A stretch of DNA of 64,000 nucleotides from Solirubrobacteraceae bacterium. GTDB lineage: Bacteria; Actinomycetota; Thermoleophilia; Solirubrobacterales; Solirubrobacteraceae. Numbering within the stretch: position 1 is the first letter of the stretch; each line of letters opens with the position of its first letter. The stretch lies in NCBI GenBank assembly GCA_049591495.1, contig JBAWFB010000040.1:3752-67751 (forward strand), written 5' to 3'. A program made the position numbers and the translations under genes. Of the stretch, positions 45,917-54,463 are shown one piece after another. A model generated the notes under the pieces. That model was not told the origin of the DNA. It worked only from the letters and a program-made list of their open reading frames with translations, and ran no database searches.

Positions 45917-47644
45917 TTACGCGCCCGCGGCGAGCTTCGACTCGGTTCGTGTCGCCTCGCGCCTGAGCGCGGCGATGAAGGCTTCGACGACGAGCGCATC
46001 GAACTGAGTGCCGGCGCAGTGTCGTAGCTCCGCGATTGCGGCGTCGTAGCCGATCGAGTCGCGGTAGGGACGGTCGCTGGTCATCGCCTCATACGCGTCG
46101 GCGACGGCCACGATGCGGGCCTCCAGCGGGATCGCGCCCCTGCAGAGCCCGAGTGGGTAGCCGAGACCGTCGGGGCGCTCGTGGTGGGCGACCACCCATT
46201 CGCGCACGTCGGAGAGGCTGACGTGCTCGATGATCTGCGCGCCGAGCGCGGGGTGGCGCTTGATCTGCTCGTACTCCTCGACGGTGAGCGGGCCGGGCTT
46301 GTGCAGGATGCTGTTGGGCACCCCGGCCTTGCCGATGTCGTGCAGGATCCCGGCGAGCCGTATACGGCTGACGCGTCGCTCGGGGAGGCCGAGCTCGCGG
46401 GCCATCATCTCCGAGTAGCGTCCAACCGTCTCTGAGTGGCGGGCGCTGCCGCTGAAGCGCAGGTCCACGGCCTCGGCCAGGTCAAGCACGGCCATCACGA
46501 AGCGCTCGCCTTCGATGTCGCGCTCGTCGCTTGCGAGGCGCAGATTGCTTTTCAGCGCGGGGGTGTGACGCACTGTGCGGTTGCGTCCGCTCTCCTTGGC
46601 GGCGTAGAGCGCGTCGTCGGCGGCGTGCAGCAGCGCGGCGGCGGTCTCTCCGTCCTCGGGGTAGCCGACGAGGCCAAAGCTGATCGTGAGCGGGGCGAGG
46701 TCGCCCGCGAACTCGTCGCGTAGCGCGCCGCGCAGCTGCTCGGCCAGGGCGAAGCCGCCGTCGCGTTCGGTGTCGGGCAGGATCAGCGCGAATTCCTCGC
46801 CTCCCACGCGCGCGGCGGAGTCGATCTGGCGCTTGCCTTCGCACAGCCGTCTGGCAACGCGCTGCAGCGCGAGGTCGCCGACCTGATGGCCGTAGTCATC
46901 GTTGATGTTCTTGAAGCCGTCGAGGTCGCCTACGAGCAGGCCCACACCGGTGCCAGCACGGCGGGCCCGTTCGAGCTCCAAGTCGAGCAGTTCGCGAAAC
47001 CCGCGGCGGTTGGAGAGCTTGGTCAGCGGATCGGTGCGGGCGGCGTCGTAGAGGCGCGCGATCAACAGTTCCACGCGGGTGCGCATCGCCATGATCACCA
47101 TCGCGCCCACGAGCAGCGTGCCCATGCCGACGAGCCACCAGGAGGGGATGCTCCCAGCCGGCGTCTTGGCTGCCAGCAGCGCGCCGTAGGCGATGCCGAC
47201 GTAGACGATCTGCGCCGCGGCTTGTCTGAGGGTGAAGAAATAGGAGGCGTAGAGAAACACCCACAGGTAGAAGAACACGAGCGGACTGGGGCTTTCGCCC
47301 GAGAAGTAGGCGACGCCGGTGATCAGCGTGCTGCCCCATGCGAGCGTTGGGTTGAGCGTCCAGGCGGGGAGCCGCCCGGCCTGACTGTAGAGCGTGGCGG
47401 CGACCAGGTAGGCGTTGGCGACGATCACGAGCAGTCCGAGATCGTTGGTGCCAGCCGGATGGGGCAACGCCACGGTCAGCGCGGCGAGGCTGGCTCCGGC
47501 GGCGAACAGCACGCTGAGCACCTTCGCGACAAAACTTGTTTGGAAGCTGGCACCGACAAACGATCCGCCCCAACTCTCGTCGTGACCGTCGCCCTCTGAG
47601 AGCGCGGAGATAACCTTCGGATATCGGCTGCTGGGAAGGTTCAC
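45917..47644 (-). CDS. Membrane-anchored GGDEF + HD-GYP protein, paralogue B
   Basis: Same architecture as paralogue A: RQID...VGGEEF, HSETVGRY, ILHDIGK, HHERPDGLGYPLG. Confidence 0.85.
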   Translation of the reverse strand: MNLPSSRYPKVISALSEGDGHDESWGGSFVGASFQTSFVAKVLSVLFAAGASLAALTVALPHPAGTNDLGLLVIVANAYLVAATLYSQAGRLPAWTLNPTLAWGSTLITGVAYFSGESPSPLVFFYLWVFLYASYFFTLRQAAAQIVYVGIAYGALLAAKTPAGSIPSWWLVGMGTLLVGAMVIMAMRTRVELLIARLYDAARTDPLTKLSNRRGFRELLDLELERARRAGTGVGLLVGDLDGFKNINDDYGHQVGDLALQRVARRLCEGKRQIDSAARVGGEEFALILPDTERDGGFALAEQLRGALRDEFAGDLAPLTISFGLVGYPEDGETAAALLHAADDALYAAKESGRNRTVRHTPALKSNLRLASDERDIEGERFVMAVLDLAEAVDLRFSGSARHSETVGRYSEMMARELGLPERRVSRIRLAGILHDIGKAGVPNSILHKPGPLTVEEYEQIKRHPALGAQIIEHVSLSDVREWVVAHHERPDGLGYPLGLCRGAIPLEARIVAVADAYEAMTSDRPYRDSIGYDAAIAELRHCAGTQFDALVVEAFIAALRREATRTESKLAAGA

Positions 47645-47737
47645 GGGGAAACGAGAACTGTTCGCATTGTTGGTGGGCTCCTTCGGGTAGATAGCGTATG
47701 GGGAAGCTCGCTTATTCGCAACCGAACGACAATCCTG

Positions 47738-49354
47738 GTGCTCGGCACCGCGCAGTTTGTGATGGTGCTCGATAGCACCGTGATGAACGTGTCCATATCC
47801 CAGGTCGTGAGCGACCTGAAAACGACGGTACCCGAAGTGCAGCTGGCGATAACCGCGTACACGCTGGTGATGGCGGCGTTCATGCTGACGGGGGCAAAGC
47901 TGGGCGATATCTGGGGGCGACGGCGAGCGTTTTCGATCGGATTGATCGTGTATGGCCTGGGTTCGTTGACGACCGCGCTAAGCCCCAACATCACGGTGCT
48001 GCTGATCGGATGGTCTGGGATCGAGGGGCTCGGTGCGGTACTGGTGATCCCGGCGATTGCGGCGCTGACGGCCGGCAGCTACAGCGGCCGTGAACGGGCG
48101 CTGGCGTTTGGCCTGCTGGGTGGCGTTGCGGGCGCGGGCGCGGCGGTGGGCCCGTTGATCGGGGGCTTTATCACCACGGCGCTTACCTGGCGCGTGGTGT
48201 TTGCTTCGGAGACGGTGATCGTGCTGGTGTTGTTGACGATGGTCCATCGCATCGCCGACCATCCCTCAGAGCAGCGCCCGACGCTCGACCGCGTTGGCGC
48301 GGGGCTGTCGGCGCTCGGGTTGGGATTGACGGTGTTTGCAATTTTGCGGATCAGCTCGTGGGGACTTTTCGAGCCGACGGGCGCGCTGACGATCGGGGAC
48401 ACCCGTGTCACCCCGTTTGGGCTGTCGGTGGTGCCGTTCATGATCTTCGCCGGGTTGATCGTGCTGGGAGGGTTCTTTCGCTGGGAGGAGCGTGTGGAGC
48501 GGCTGGGGCACACGCCGCTGTTGCGCACCGACATTCTCAAGATTCCCCAGATGCGAGCTGGACTCTCGACGCTCGTCTCGCAATATCTGATCCTGGCGGG
48601 CACGTTTTTCGTGCTGCCCCTGTATTTGCAGCTGGTGCTCGGCAAGAACGCTCTGGAAACGGGGCTGAAGATACTGCCGATCTCGATCACGATGATGGCG
48701 GGCGCGATGCTGGGCCCGCGGCTGGCGACGCGCACTTCGCCGCGGCGTGTGGTGCAGGTGGGGCTGGGTTTCCTGCTGGTGTCGATCCCGGCGCTGCTGG
48801 GCACGATCTCCTCGAGTCTCGCGTCGGTGCCGTTCGCGCTGTCGCTGGCGGGCTTCGGCGCAGGCATCGGCCTGGCGATCTCACAGTTGGGCAACGTGGT
48901 GATGTCGGCGGTGGGGCAATCGCGCTCAAGCGAGGCCGGCGGCATGCAGGGCACCGCCCAGAACCTCGGCCAGTCGCTTGGCACGGCACTGATCGGCGCG
49001 GTGCTGCTGACCGGGCTGACGGCGGGCTTTCATGAGCGTGTGCTGGCCGATCCCGCGATCCCGCGCTCGGCACAGCAGCAGATCGTGACCGCCAGCGAGG
49101 AGGGGTTGCCGATGGTGTCTAAGGGGCAGTTCGAAGCGGGCGTGAAGCGGGCGGGTGTGCCGGCGGCGGAGGTGGACAAATTGGTCGGCTACTACAGCGA
49201 ATCGCAGATCGACGCACTCAAGCGCTCGCTGCTGCTGGCGTCCGCGTTTGTGCTCGTGGGCCTGTGGTTTGCTCGATCGCTTCCCGGCGAGGCGTTGGTC
49301 TCGGGGGAGGATGAGGAGAAAGGACACGTACCCGTGGTCTCACCGGCTGGGTAG
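47738..49354 (+). CDS. MFS transporter, DHA2 (14-TMS drug:H+ antiporter-like) family
   Basis: Motif A-like GAKLGDIWGRRRAF and about 14 hydrophobic segments. GTG start. Confidence 0.85.
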   Translation: MLGTAQFVMVLDSTVMNVSISQVVSDLKTTVPEVQLAITAYTLVMAAFMLTGAKLGDIWGRRRAFSIGLIVYGLGSLTTALSPNITVLLIGWSGIEGLGAVLVIPAIAALTAGSYSGRERALAFGLLGGVAGAGAAVGPLIGGFITTALTWRVVFASETVIVLVLLTMVHRIADHPSEQRPTLDRVGAGLSALGLGLTVFAILRISSWGLFEPTGALTIGDTRVTPFGLSVVPFMIFAGLIVLGGFFRWEERVERLGHTPLLRTDILKIPQMRAGLSTLVSQYLILAGTFFVLPLYLQLVLGKNALETGLKILPISITMMAGAMLGPRLATRTSPRRVVQVGLGFLLVSIPALLGTISSSLASVPFALSLAGFGAGIGLAISQLGNVVMSAVGQSRSSEAGGMQGTAQNLGQSLGTALIGAVLLTGLTAGFHERVLADPAIPRSAQQQIVTASEEGLPMVSKGQFEAGVKRAGVPAAEVDKLVGYYSESQIDALKRSLLLASAFVLVGLWFARSLPGEALVSGEDEEKGHVPVVSPAG

Positions 49355-49395
49355 ACCATCGGGCGCTAACCGCCTGCTCGCGTAGGCTGTGCGCT

Positions 49396-50493
49396 GTGCC
49401 GCTGCCGCCATTTCCTGTGCCGAACGCCGCGCTGCGCGTCGGGTTGGCGCTGCGCAAGGGAGTGCAGGGTCTCGCCGACCGCATGCTGCCGGCGGAGGCT
49501 GCTCTGTGGGACTTCACCGCCGGTATGCAGCGCACCGCGCTCGCGGGCGCGCTGGTCACCTCAGGGCTCGCGGACGCGCTTGGCACCGGCACGCGCGATG
49601 CAGGTGAGGTGGCTCGGGAGTTGGGTCTCTCAGAGGCCGTGACCCTGCGTGTGCTCGGGGCCGCGGCGGCCACGCGCCTGGTTCATCTGGACCGTGAGGG
49701 ACGGGCGCGCCTTGCGCGACTGGGTGCGCCGCTGCGTAGCGACCACCCACACTCGCTGGCCTCGTGGGTTGCCTACCAGGCGGCGCCTGCCAATGCCGCC
49801 GCCCACGGTGAGCTGGGGGCCCAGTTGCGCGAGGGCGCGGAGCCTTCGGGACACCGGCGGGCGTTTGGGAACTCGGTGTGGGAGTACTTCGGCGAGCACC
49901 CCGAGGAGGGGGCTCGTTTCGGCAAAGCGATGCGCGAGCTGACGGCGATCGATCTGGCGGCGCTCGCCCGCGCGTACCCTTGGCCGCGCGAAGGCGTGAT
50001 CTGCGATGTGGCGGGTGGGATCGGAACTCTGCTTGCCGCGATCCTGGAGTGCCGCGAGGGTGCGCGCGGCATCCTGCTTGACGCTCCGGAGGTGTTGAGC
50101 GAGGCCGAGGGATTCCTGCGATCGCGCGGGGTTCTCGACCGGGTGCAGCGGCGAGCCGGGGACCTCTTTGGGGAGCTTGATGCACGAGCTGACGTGTATG
50201 TGCTCAAGTGGATCCTGCACGATTGGAGCGATGAGGCTTGCCGCGACATCCTGCGCCGCGTGCACGCAACGATGCCGGTGGGCTCGCGGGTCGTGACGAT
50301 CGATCAGCATCTCGAGCCTGGTCGCCCGAGCCCGATCAGCTCGCTGGCTGACCTGTTGATGCTCGTCGAGTGCGAGGGCGGACGTGAGCGCTCGCCCGAG
50401 CAGGTGCACGGCCTGATGCGCGATGCTGGGATCGTCCCCGGGCGCGTGCGGCATGCGGGGTTGCACATGGTCGTCGAGGGCTTGGCTGAGTAG
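49396..50493 (+). CDS. Class I SAM-dependent O-methyltransferase (COMT/Methyltransf_2-like with dimerisation domain)
   Basis: VICDVAGGIGTLLAAIL (motif I) and VYVLKWILHDWSDEACRDILRRV are present. Confidence 0.8.
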   Translation: MPLPPFPVPNAALRVGLALRKGVQGLADRMLPAEAALWDFTAGMQRTALAGALVTSGLADALGTGTRDAGEVARELGLSEAVTLRVLGAAAATRLVHLDREGRARLARLGAPLRSDHPHSLASWVAYQAAPANAAAHGELGAQLREGAEPSGHRRAFGNSVWEYFGEHPEEGARFGKAMRELTAIDLAALARAYPWPREGVICDVAGGIGTLLAAILECREGARGILLDAPEVLSEAEGFLRSRGVLDRVQRRAGDLFGELDARADVYVLKWILHDWSDEACRDILRRVHATMPVGSRVVTIDQHLEPGRPSPISSLADLLMLVECEGGRERSPEQVHGLMRDAGIVPGRVRHAGLHMVVEGLAE

Positions 50494-50535
50494 CTCAGCT
50501 ATCCGGGGGAGTCATCTTGCCAGTCGAAAGTGTGA

Positions 50536-50946
50536 GTGAGCGAGGCGATGGCGAGCCTCGATAGACGCGAGCTGTGCGCGATCTTTGTGGGTGGCGCGGT
50601 TGGGGCGTTGCTGCGGGTCTGGCTTGGTGAGGAGTTCACGGGCGCTGTCGTCAGCTGGCCGTGGGTGACGTTCTCGATTAACGTCACGGGCTCGTTCGCG
50701 CTCGGGTACTTTGCCACCCGCCTGCAGGAGCGCCTGCCGCAGTCGACCTACCGTCGCCCGCTGCTTGGCACGGGCTTCTGCGGTGCCTACACCACGTTTT
50801 CAACGATGCAGGTGGAGATCTTGAAGATGATCGAACACGACCGCTACGGGTTGGCCGTGGGATATGCGGCTGCCAGCGTGACGGCCGGCTATCTGGCGAT
50901 CTGGGTGGCCACTGCGACGGTGCGGCGCACGCGGGTGTTTGTGTGA
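50536..50946 (+). CDS. crcB: Fluoride channel Fluc/CrcB, subunit 1
   Basis: GGAVGALLR and GFCGAYTTFSTM (the conserved TTFST motif), with 4 TM helices. The start may be the ATG at 50548. Confidence 0.85.
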   Translation: MSEAMASLDRRELCAIFVGGAVGALLRVWLGEEFTGAVVSWPWVTFSINVTGSFALGYFATRLQERLPQSTYRRPLLGTGFCGAYTTFSTMQVEILKMIEHDRYGLAVGYAAASVTAGYLAIWVATATVRRTRVFV

Positions 50947-51064
50947 GGCGCCACTTCCCTCGCGCGACCTGGGCCCCACTCCCACCTCACGGGGCCTGGG
51001 ACCCACCACCAGGTCGCTCGACCGAGGGCCACTCCCATGTCATGCAACCTCCCAAGGCTCTCCT

Positions 51065-51430
51065 ATGAGCGTGCTGGTATGGGTAGCGGTCGCTGTGCTC
51101 GGCGGGATAGCCGCGATCGTTCGCTTCGCAATGGACGGGGCGATCGGCTTGCGGTTTGCCACCAGCTTTCCGCTCGGGACGTTCGTGGTCAACATCAGTG
51201 GGGCGTTCGTCCTCGGACTGCTGGCCGGCCTGGCCGTGACCGGCGACACGTTGGTGCTCGCCGGCACCGCGACGCTCGGCTCCTACACCACCTTCTCAAC
51301 CTGGATGCTCGAGTCCCAGCGCCTCACAGAGGACGGCGAGCTTCCTCTTGCGCTGCTCAACATTCTGGGGAGCCTGGCCGCCGGTGTGGGGGCGGCGGCG
51401 CTCGGTCACGTGATCGGGGCGCACACATGA
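51065..51430 (+). CDS. crcB: Fluoride channel Fluc/CrcB, subunit 2
   Basis: GGIAAIVRF and LGSYTTFSTWMLE. The ATG at 51065 is preferred over the ORF-track TTG at 50939. Confidence 0.85.
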   Translation: MSVLVWVAVAVLGGIAAIVRFAMDGAIGLRFATSFPLGTFVVNISGAFVLGLLAGLAVTGDTLVLAGTATLGSYTTFSTWMLESQRLTEDGELPLALLNILGSLAAGVGAAALGHVIGAHT

Positions 51431-52521
51431 ATACCCCCTCCTTGGTGGGTGAGGATTGCCTGAAGCTGACCACGTACTTCGGCGAGCGCGACCGCACCGA
51501 GCATGGGCTGCTGGGAGACGAACTGTTCGATATCTACGCTTCGCAGCACCTGCAGGCGAGCGTGTTGCTGAGGGGCGCGGAGGGCTTCGGAGGTTTGCAC
51601 CATCTGAGCACCGATCGGCTGCTGAGCCTCTCCGAAGACCTACCCGTTGTGTCTGTTGCGGTCGATCGCCGCGAGCGCATCGAGGCGCTGCTCGGGCCGA
51701 TCATGCAGGTCAAGCGCCGGGGTTTGATCACACTGGAGCGCGCACGATTGTTCACCCGGGAGATCGGAGCGATGCAGTTGCCGGGAGGTCTCAGCGAGGC
51801 GGCCAAGCTGACTGTCTATGTTGGTCGCCGGGAGCGGGTCCAGCGCGCCCCGGCGTTCCTGGCAATCACCGATCTGTTGCACCGGCACGGGATCGCGGGT
51901 GCGACGGTGTTGCTCGGCGTGGATGGCACCAGAGGCGGCCGGCGCTTTCGCGCCAGGTTCTTCGCCGGCAATGCGGAGGTGCCCGTGATGATCATCGCCG
52001 TCGGCTCGGGTGAGCGGATCGCTGAGGCCCTACCCGAGCTTGGCCGCCTGTTGGATGACCCGCTGATCACACTCGAGCGGGTGCGAGTGTGCAAGCGCGA
52101 CGGGCGGCTGCTGGCTAGGCCACACGAGTTGCCCGGCACGGACGAGCACGGTCTCGCGCTGTGGCAGAAGCTGATGGTCTACACCTCGCAAGCCGCCACT
52201 CACGATGGGCATCCGCTCAACCTTCAGATCATCCGTCGCTTGCGGGAATCCGACGCGGCTGGCGCCACCAGCATCCGTGGCATCTGGGGATTTCACGGCG
52301 ATCACGCCCCGCACGGCGACCGTTTCTTCCAACTGCGCCGCCACGTCCCGGTCGTCACGATCGTGATCGACACGCCCGAGCGGATCGCCCGCTCATTTCA
52401 GATAATCGACGAGCTCACCTCAGAGCAGGGTCTTGTCACGAGCGAGATGGTGCCCGCCGTGGCAGCCATGAGCGAAGCTGAGAGTCGTGGCGGCCTGCGC
52501 TTGGCCAGACACGACTTCTGA
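51427..52521 (+). CDS. Protein made of three tandem DUF190 (PII-like fold) domains
   Basis: The start ATG overlaps the crcB2 stop (ATGA at 51427-51430). Three internal repeats share the pattern KL(T/M)xY...GATxxxGxxG...PVxxxxVxxxERI. Confidence 0.75.
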   Translation: MNTPSLVGEDCLKLTTYFGERDRTEHGLLGDELFDIYASQHLQASVLLRGAEGFGGLHHLSTDRLLSLSEDLPVVSVAVDRRERIEALLGPIMQVKRRGLITLERARLFTREIGAMQLPGGLSEAAKLTVYVGRRERVQRAPAFLAITDLLHRHGIAGATVLLGVDGTRGGRRFRARFFAGNAEVPVMIIAVGSGERIAEALPELGRLLDDPLITLERVRVCKRDGRLLARPHELPGTDEHGLALWQKLMVYTSQAATHDGHPLNLQIIRRLRESDAAGATSIRGIWGFHGDHAPHGDRFFQLRRHVPVVTIVIDTPERIARSFQIIDELTSEQGLVTSEMVPAVAAMSEAESRGGLRLARHDF

Positions 52522-52540
52522 ATACGGGTAGCACCTACCG

Positions 52541-53863
52541 CTAAAACGATTCGTTGGCTTTGACGCAGGATCGCTTCTCTGTGCCGGTGCGGTATGAGAT
52601 GTCCATTCCCATCAGGCGGTCGAAGGCGATGTCGGTTACGTGCTCTACCGCGGCCGCGGATTCCCAGCACTGTGATGTCCCTACTTGATACTCGCTGCTG
52701 GCGCTATTCGTGGGCTTGGTGGCAAGTTCGACGGTGAGGGCCATGTCGCCATATATCTGTACAACCTGGCTCTGGGCTCCGCCGGCGCCGCCCTCGCCGC
52801 TATCCCAGCTGGCCCGCCACAGGTACTTGTCGTAATCGGGTGCTTCCAGGGGCGTGGGCTCCTCCGCCAGGTTGCTTGACTCCTGGCTGTACGCCGTCTG
52901 CTTGGTCGCGAGCGCCTGGGCGGGGGTGAGGTTGGGTTGCAGTGTGACGGTGAGGGTGCTCCGCGGCGTGCCGGCCATGGTGTAGGTGCAGGAATCGCTC
53001 GATGACGTCTGGGTCCCTGTGCCCAGGACCGCCTGGGCTTCCGCGGCGGTGAACAGGCCGCACGCGGTGGGCAGCGGTGTGGCCGCGTGTACCGTGCCCT
53101 TTTCCAAAGCCTTGCTGTCGAGTGCGGCCAGCCGTGGTCCGAGCGGCGTGGAGTAGAGCGTTGTGCCGTCATCCGGCGTCCATGCGAGCGTGGAGCCGGT
53201 CCCCTGAGAGAGCTCGATCCGGTCGGCGCGCACAGGATGCAGGTGCGAGATCGACAGTCCCGGCCCATTGTCGATCTCGATTGTGCTTTCCCCGCCTTCG
53301 CTCGCCATTAGTGGACTGGGCCCATACTCGGCGACCCAGTTGTTTGAGGCGAGCTGAAAGCCCGAAAGTAGCGATGTGCAAATACCGTTGTGCAGGTGCG
53401 GCGCGCATTCGTCGTTAAGCGCCATGTTGAGCTCGGTGCGCCCGGTTAGTGCGGAGAAAATGTCGAGACGCAGGTTCTCTTCGCCGACGGTGTAGACGAA
53501 GCTGACGCTATCGCCGGCCGCCAGGAAGCCCTTGGCGCTCGCGTTGGCGTGGGTGATGCGATGAACGTTCCCGGTCGCGCGCACGCACGAGTAGAACTGT
53601 CCGCCCTGCGCTGACCAGACCGTTACATCTGAGCTGTTCAGTGTCGTGCGACCTTGTGGCGTGCAGCGGCCGCGAGCCACGCTTGCGGACGCAACCCCAA
53701 TAAGCGACACCGTGACGGTGGCGCCTGCCGAGGCGATCACGCAGAATGCCAATATCAGTAGCAGCGATCGACGCTTGATGATCAGCGATTGGCGCCTGGC
53801 GGGCCGAGAGCGGTTGCCTACCGTCGACATCCATATCCGAGTTCGATCCAAACCACGCTCCAA
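52541..53863 (-). CDS. Secreted/anchored protein of unknown function
   Basis: N-terminal anchor RRSLLLILAFCVIASAGATVTVSLIGVASA. The C-terminal part has ACGLFTAAEAQAVLG...SCTY, reminiscent of actinobacterial DUF3558-type lipoprotein domains. That similarity is from memory. Confidence 0.6.
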   Translation of the reverse strand: MERGLDRTRIWMSTVGNRSRPARRQSLIIKRRSLLLILAFCVIASAGATVTVSLIGVASASVARGRCTPQGRTTLNSSDVTVWSAQGGQFYSCVRATGNVHRITHANASAKGFLAAGDSVSFVYTVGEENLRLDIFSALTGRTELNMALNDECAPHLHNGICTSLLSGFQLASNNWVAEYGPSPLMASEGGESTIEIDNGPGLSISHLHPVRADRIELSQGTGSTLAWTPDDGTTLYSTPLGPRLAALDSKALEKGTVHAATPLPTACGLFTAAEAQAVLGTGTQTSSSDSCTYTMAGTPRSTLTVTLQPNLTPAQALATKQTAYSQESSNLAEEPTPLEAPDYDKYLWRASWDSGEGGAGGAQSQVVQIYGDMALTVELATKPTNSASSEYQVGTSQCWESAAAVEHVTDIAFDRLMGMDISYRTGTEKRSCVKANESF

Positions 53864-53974
53864 GTTCTCAGAGGACCAACTGATTCCGCGACAAACTGCT
53901 TCTCGATACTACATGATCAGTGTTTGGGATCATTGTTTGTAAGGAACGCAGGTGTGGAAGATGCGGATGTCCTC

Positions 53975-54395
53975 CTAGATTTTCCCGGTCGAAGACTTCG
54001 TGATCAGCGCGACCTTGAACGTCCCCGTCGACAGTTCGACGAGGCTGACGGTTGTCGTGCCTTTGGAGAGCGTGCCCTTCTTGACGGCTTTGCCGTTGAC
54101 CGCGTTGACCGTGTCTCCGCTGTATACGACTTCCAGCTGATAGGGGGCGTGATAGGAGGCGCCGCCGTTACACGCGCTCGCGCGGGTGGGGAGGACACAT
54201 AGCTCGATCGAGGACACATAGCTCGATCGCACTCCCGCTGGACGCGGTCCACGCGACATAAGTTGTTGCTGTGCTTGATTTGTAGGCGACCACCGGCGCT
54301 TCGCCACCAGCCCCAAGGTCGATGGCCCAAGCGTGGGGTTGTCCTGTATTTAGTGAAACCTGTCTCGGTGGGACTGCGCGTCTGTAGGAGGTCAC
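53975..54395 (-). pseudogene. Beta-rich small protein gene disrupted by a 19-bp tandem duplication (frameshift)
   Basis: ORFs 54168..54395 and 53975..54316 both read IELCVL across one copy of the duplication. Deleting one copy joins them into a single 134-codon ORF (...SGSAIELCVLPTRASACNGGASYHAPYQLEVVYSGD...). Confidence 0.7.
54191..54228. repeat. Perfect 19-bp direct tandem duplication (gaggacacatagctcgatc x2)
   Basis: Read directly: 54191-54209 is identical to 54210-54228. Confidence 0.95.
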
Positions 54396-54463
54396 TGTGC
54401 ACTGGTCATCCGATTGTCCACTCGCCCGGTGCTCCGGGGGGCTATCCCCTAGTGTGTGCGAGC

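Noticed and set aside
50494-50560. A possible fluoride riboswitch upstream of crcB.
   Set aside because: Only about 42 nt separate the upstream stop from the crcB start, and I cannot recognise the conserved crcB-motif core there. A covariance-model scan (Rfam fluoride riboswitch) would settle it.
50939-51064. An open frame across the crcB1-crcB2 spacer encoding Pro/Gly/Thr-rich imperfect repeats (DLGPTPTS / GLGPTTRS / DRGPLP). This suggested a frameshifted fusion of the two CrcB subunits.
   Set aside because: Fluc subunits pair antiparallel, so a covalent fusion needs an extra membrane-crossing linker. This spacer is hydrophilic and in a different frame from crcB1. An open frame is expected by chance in G+C-rich DNA.
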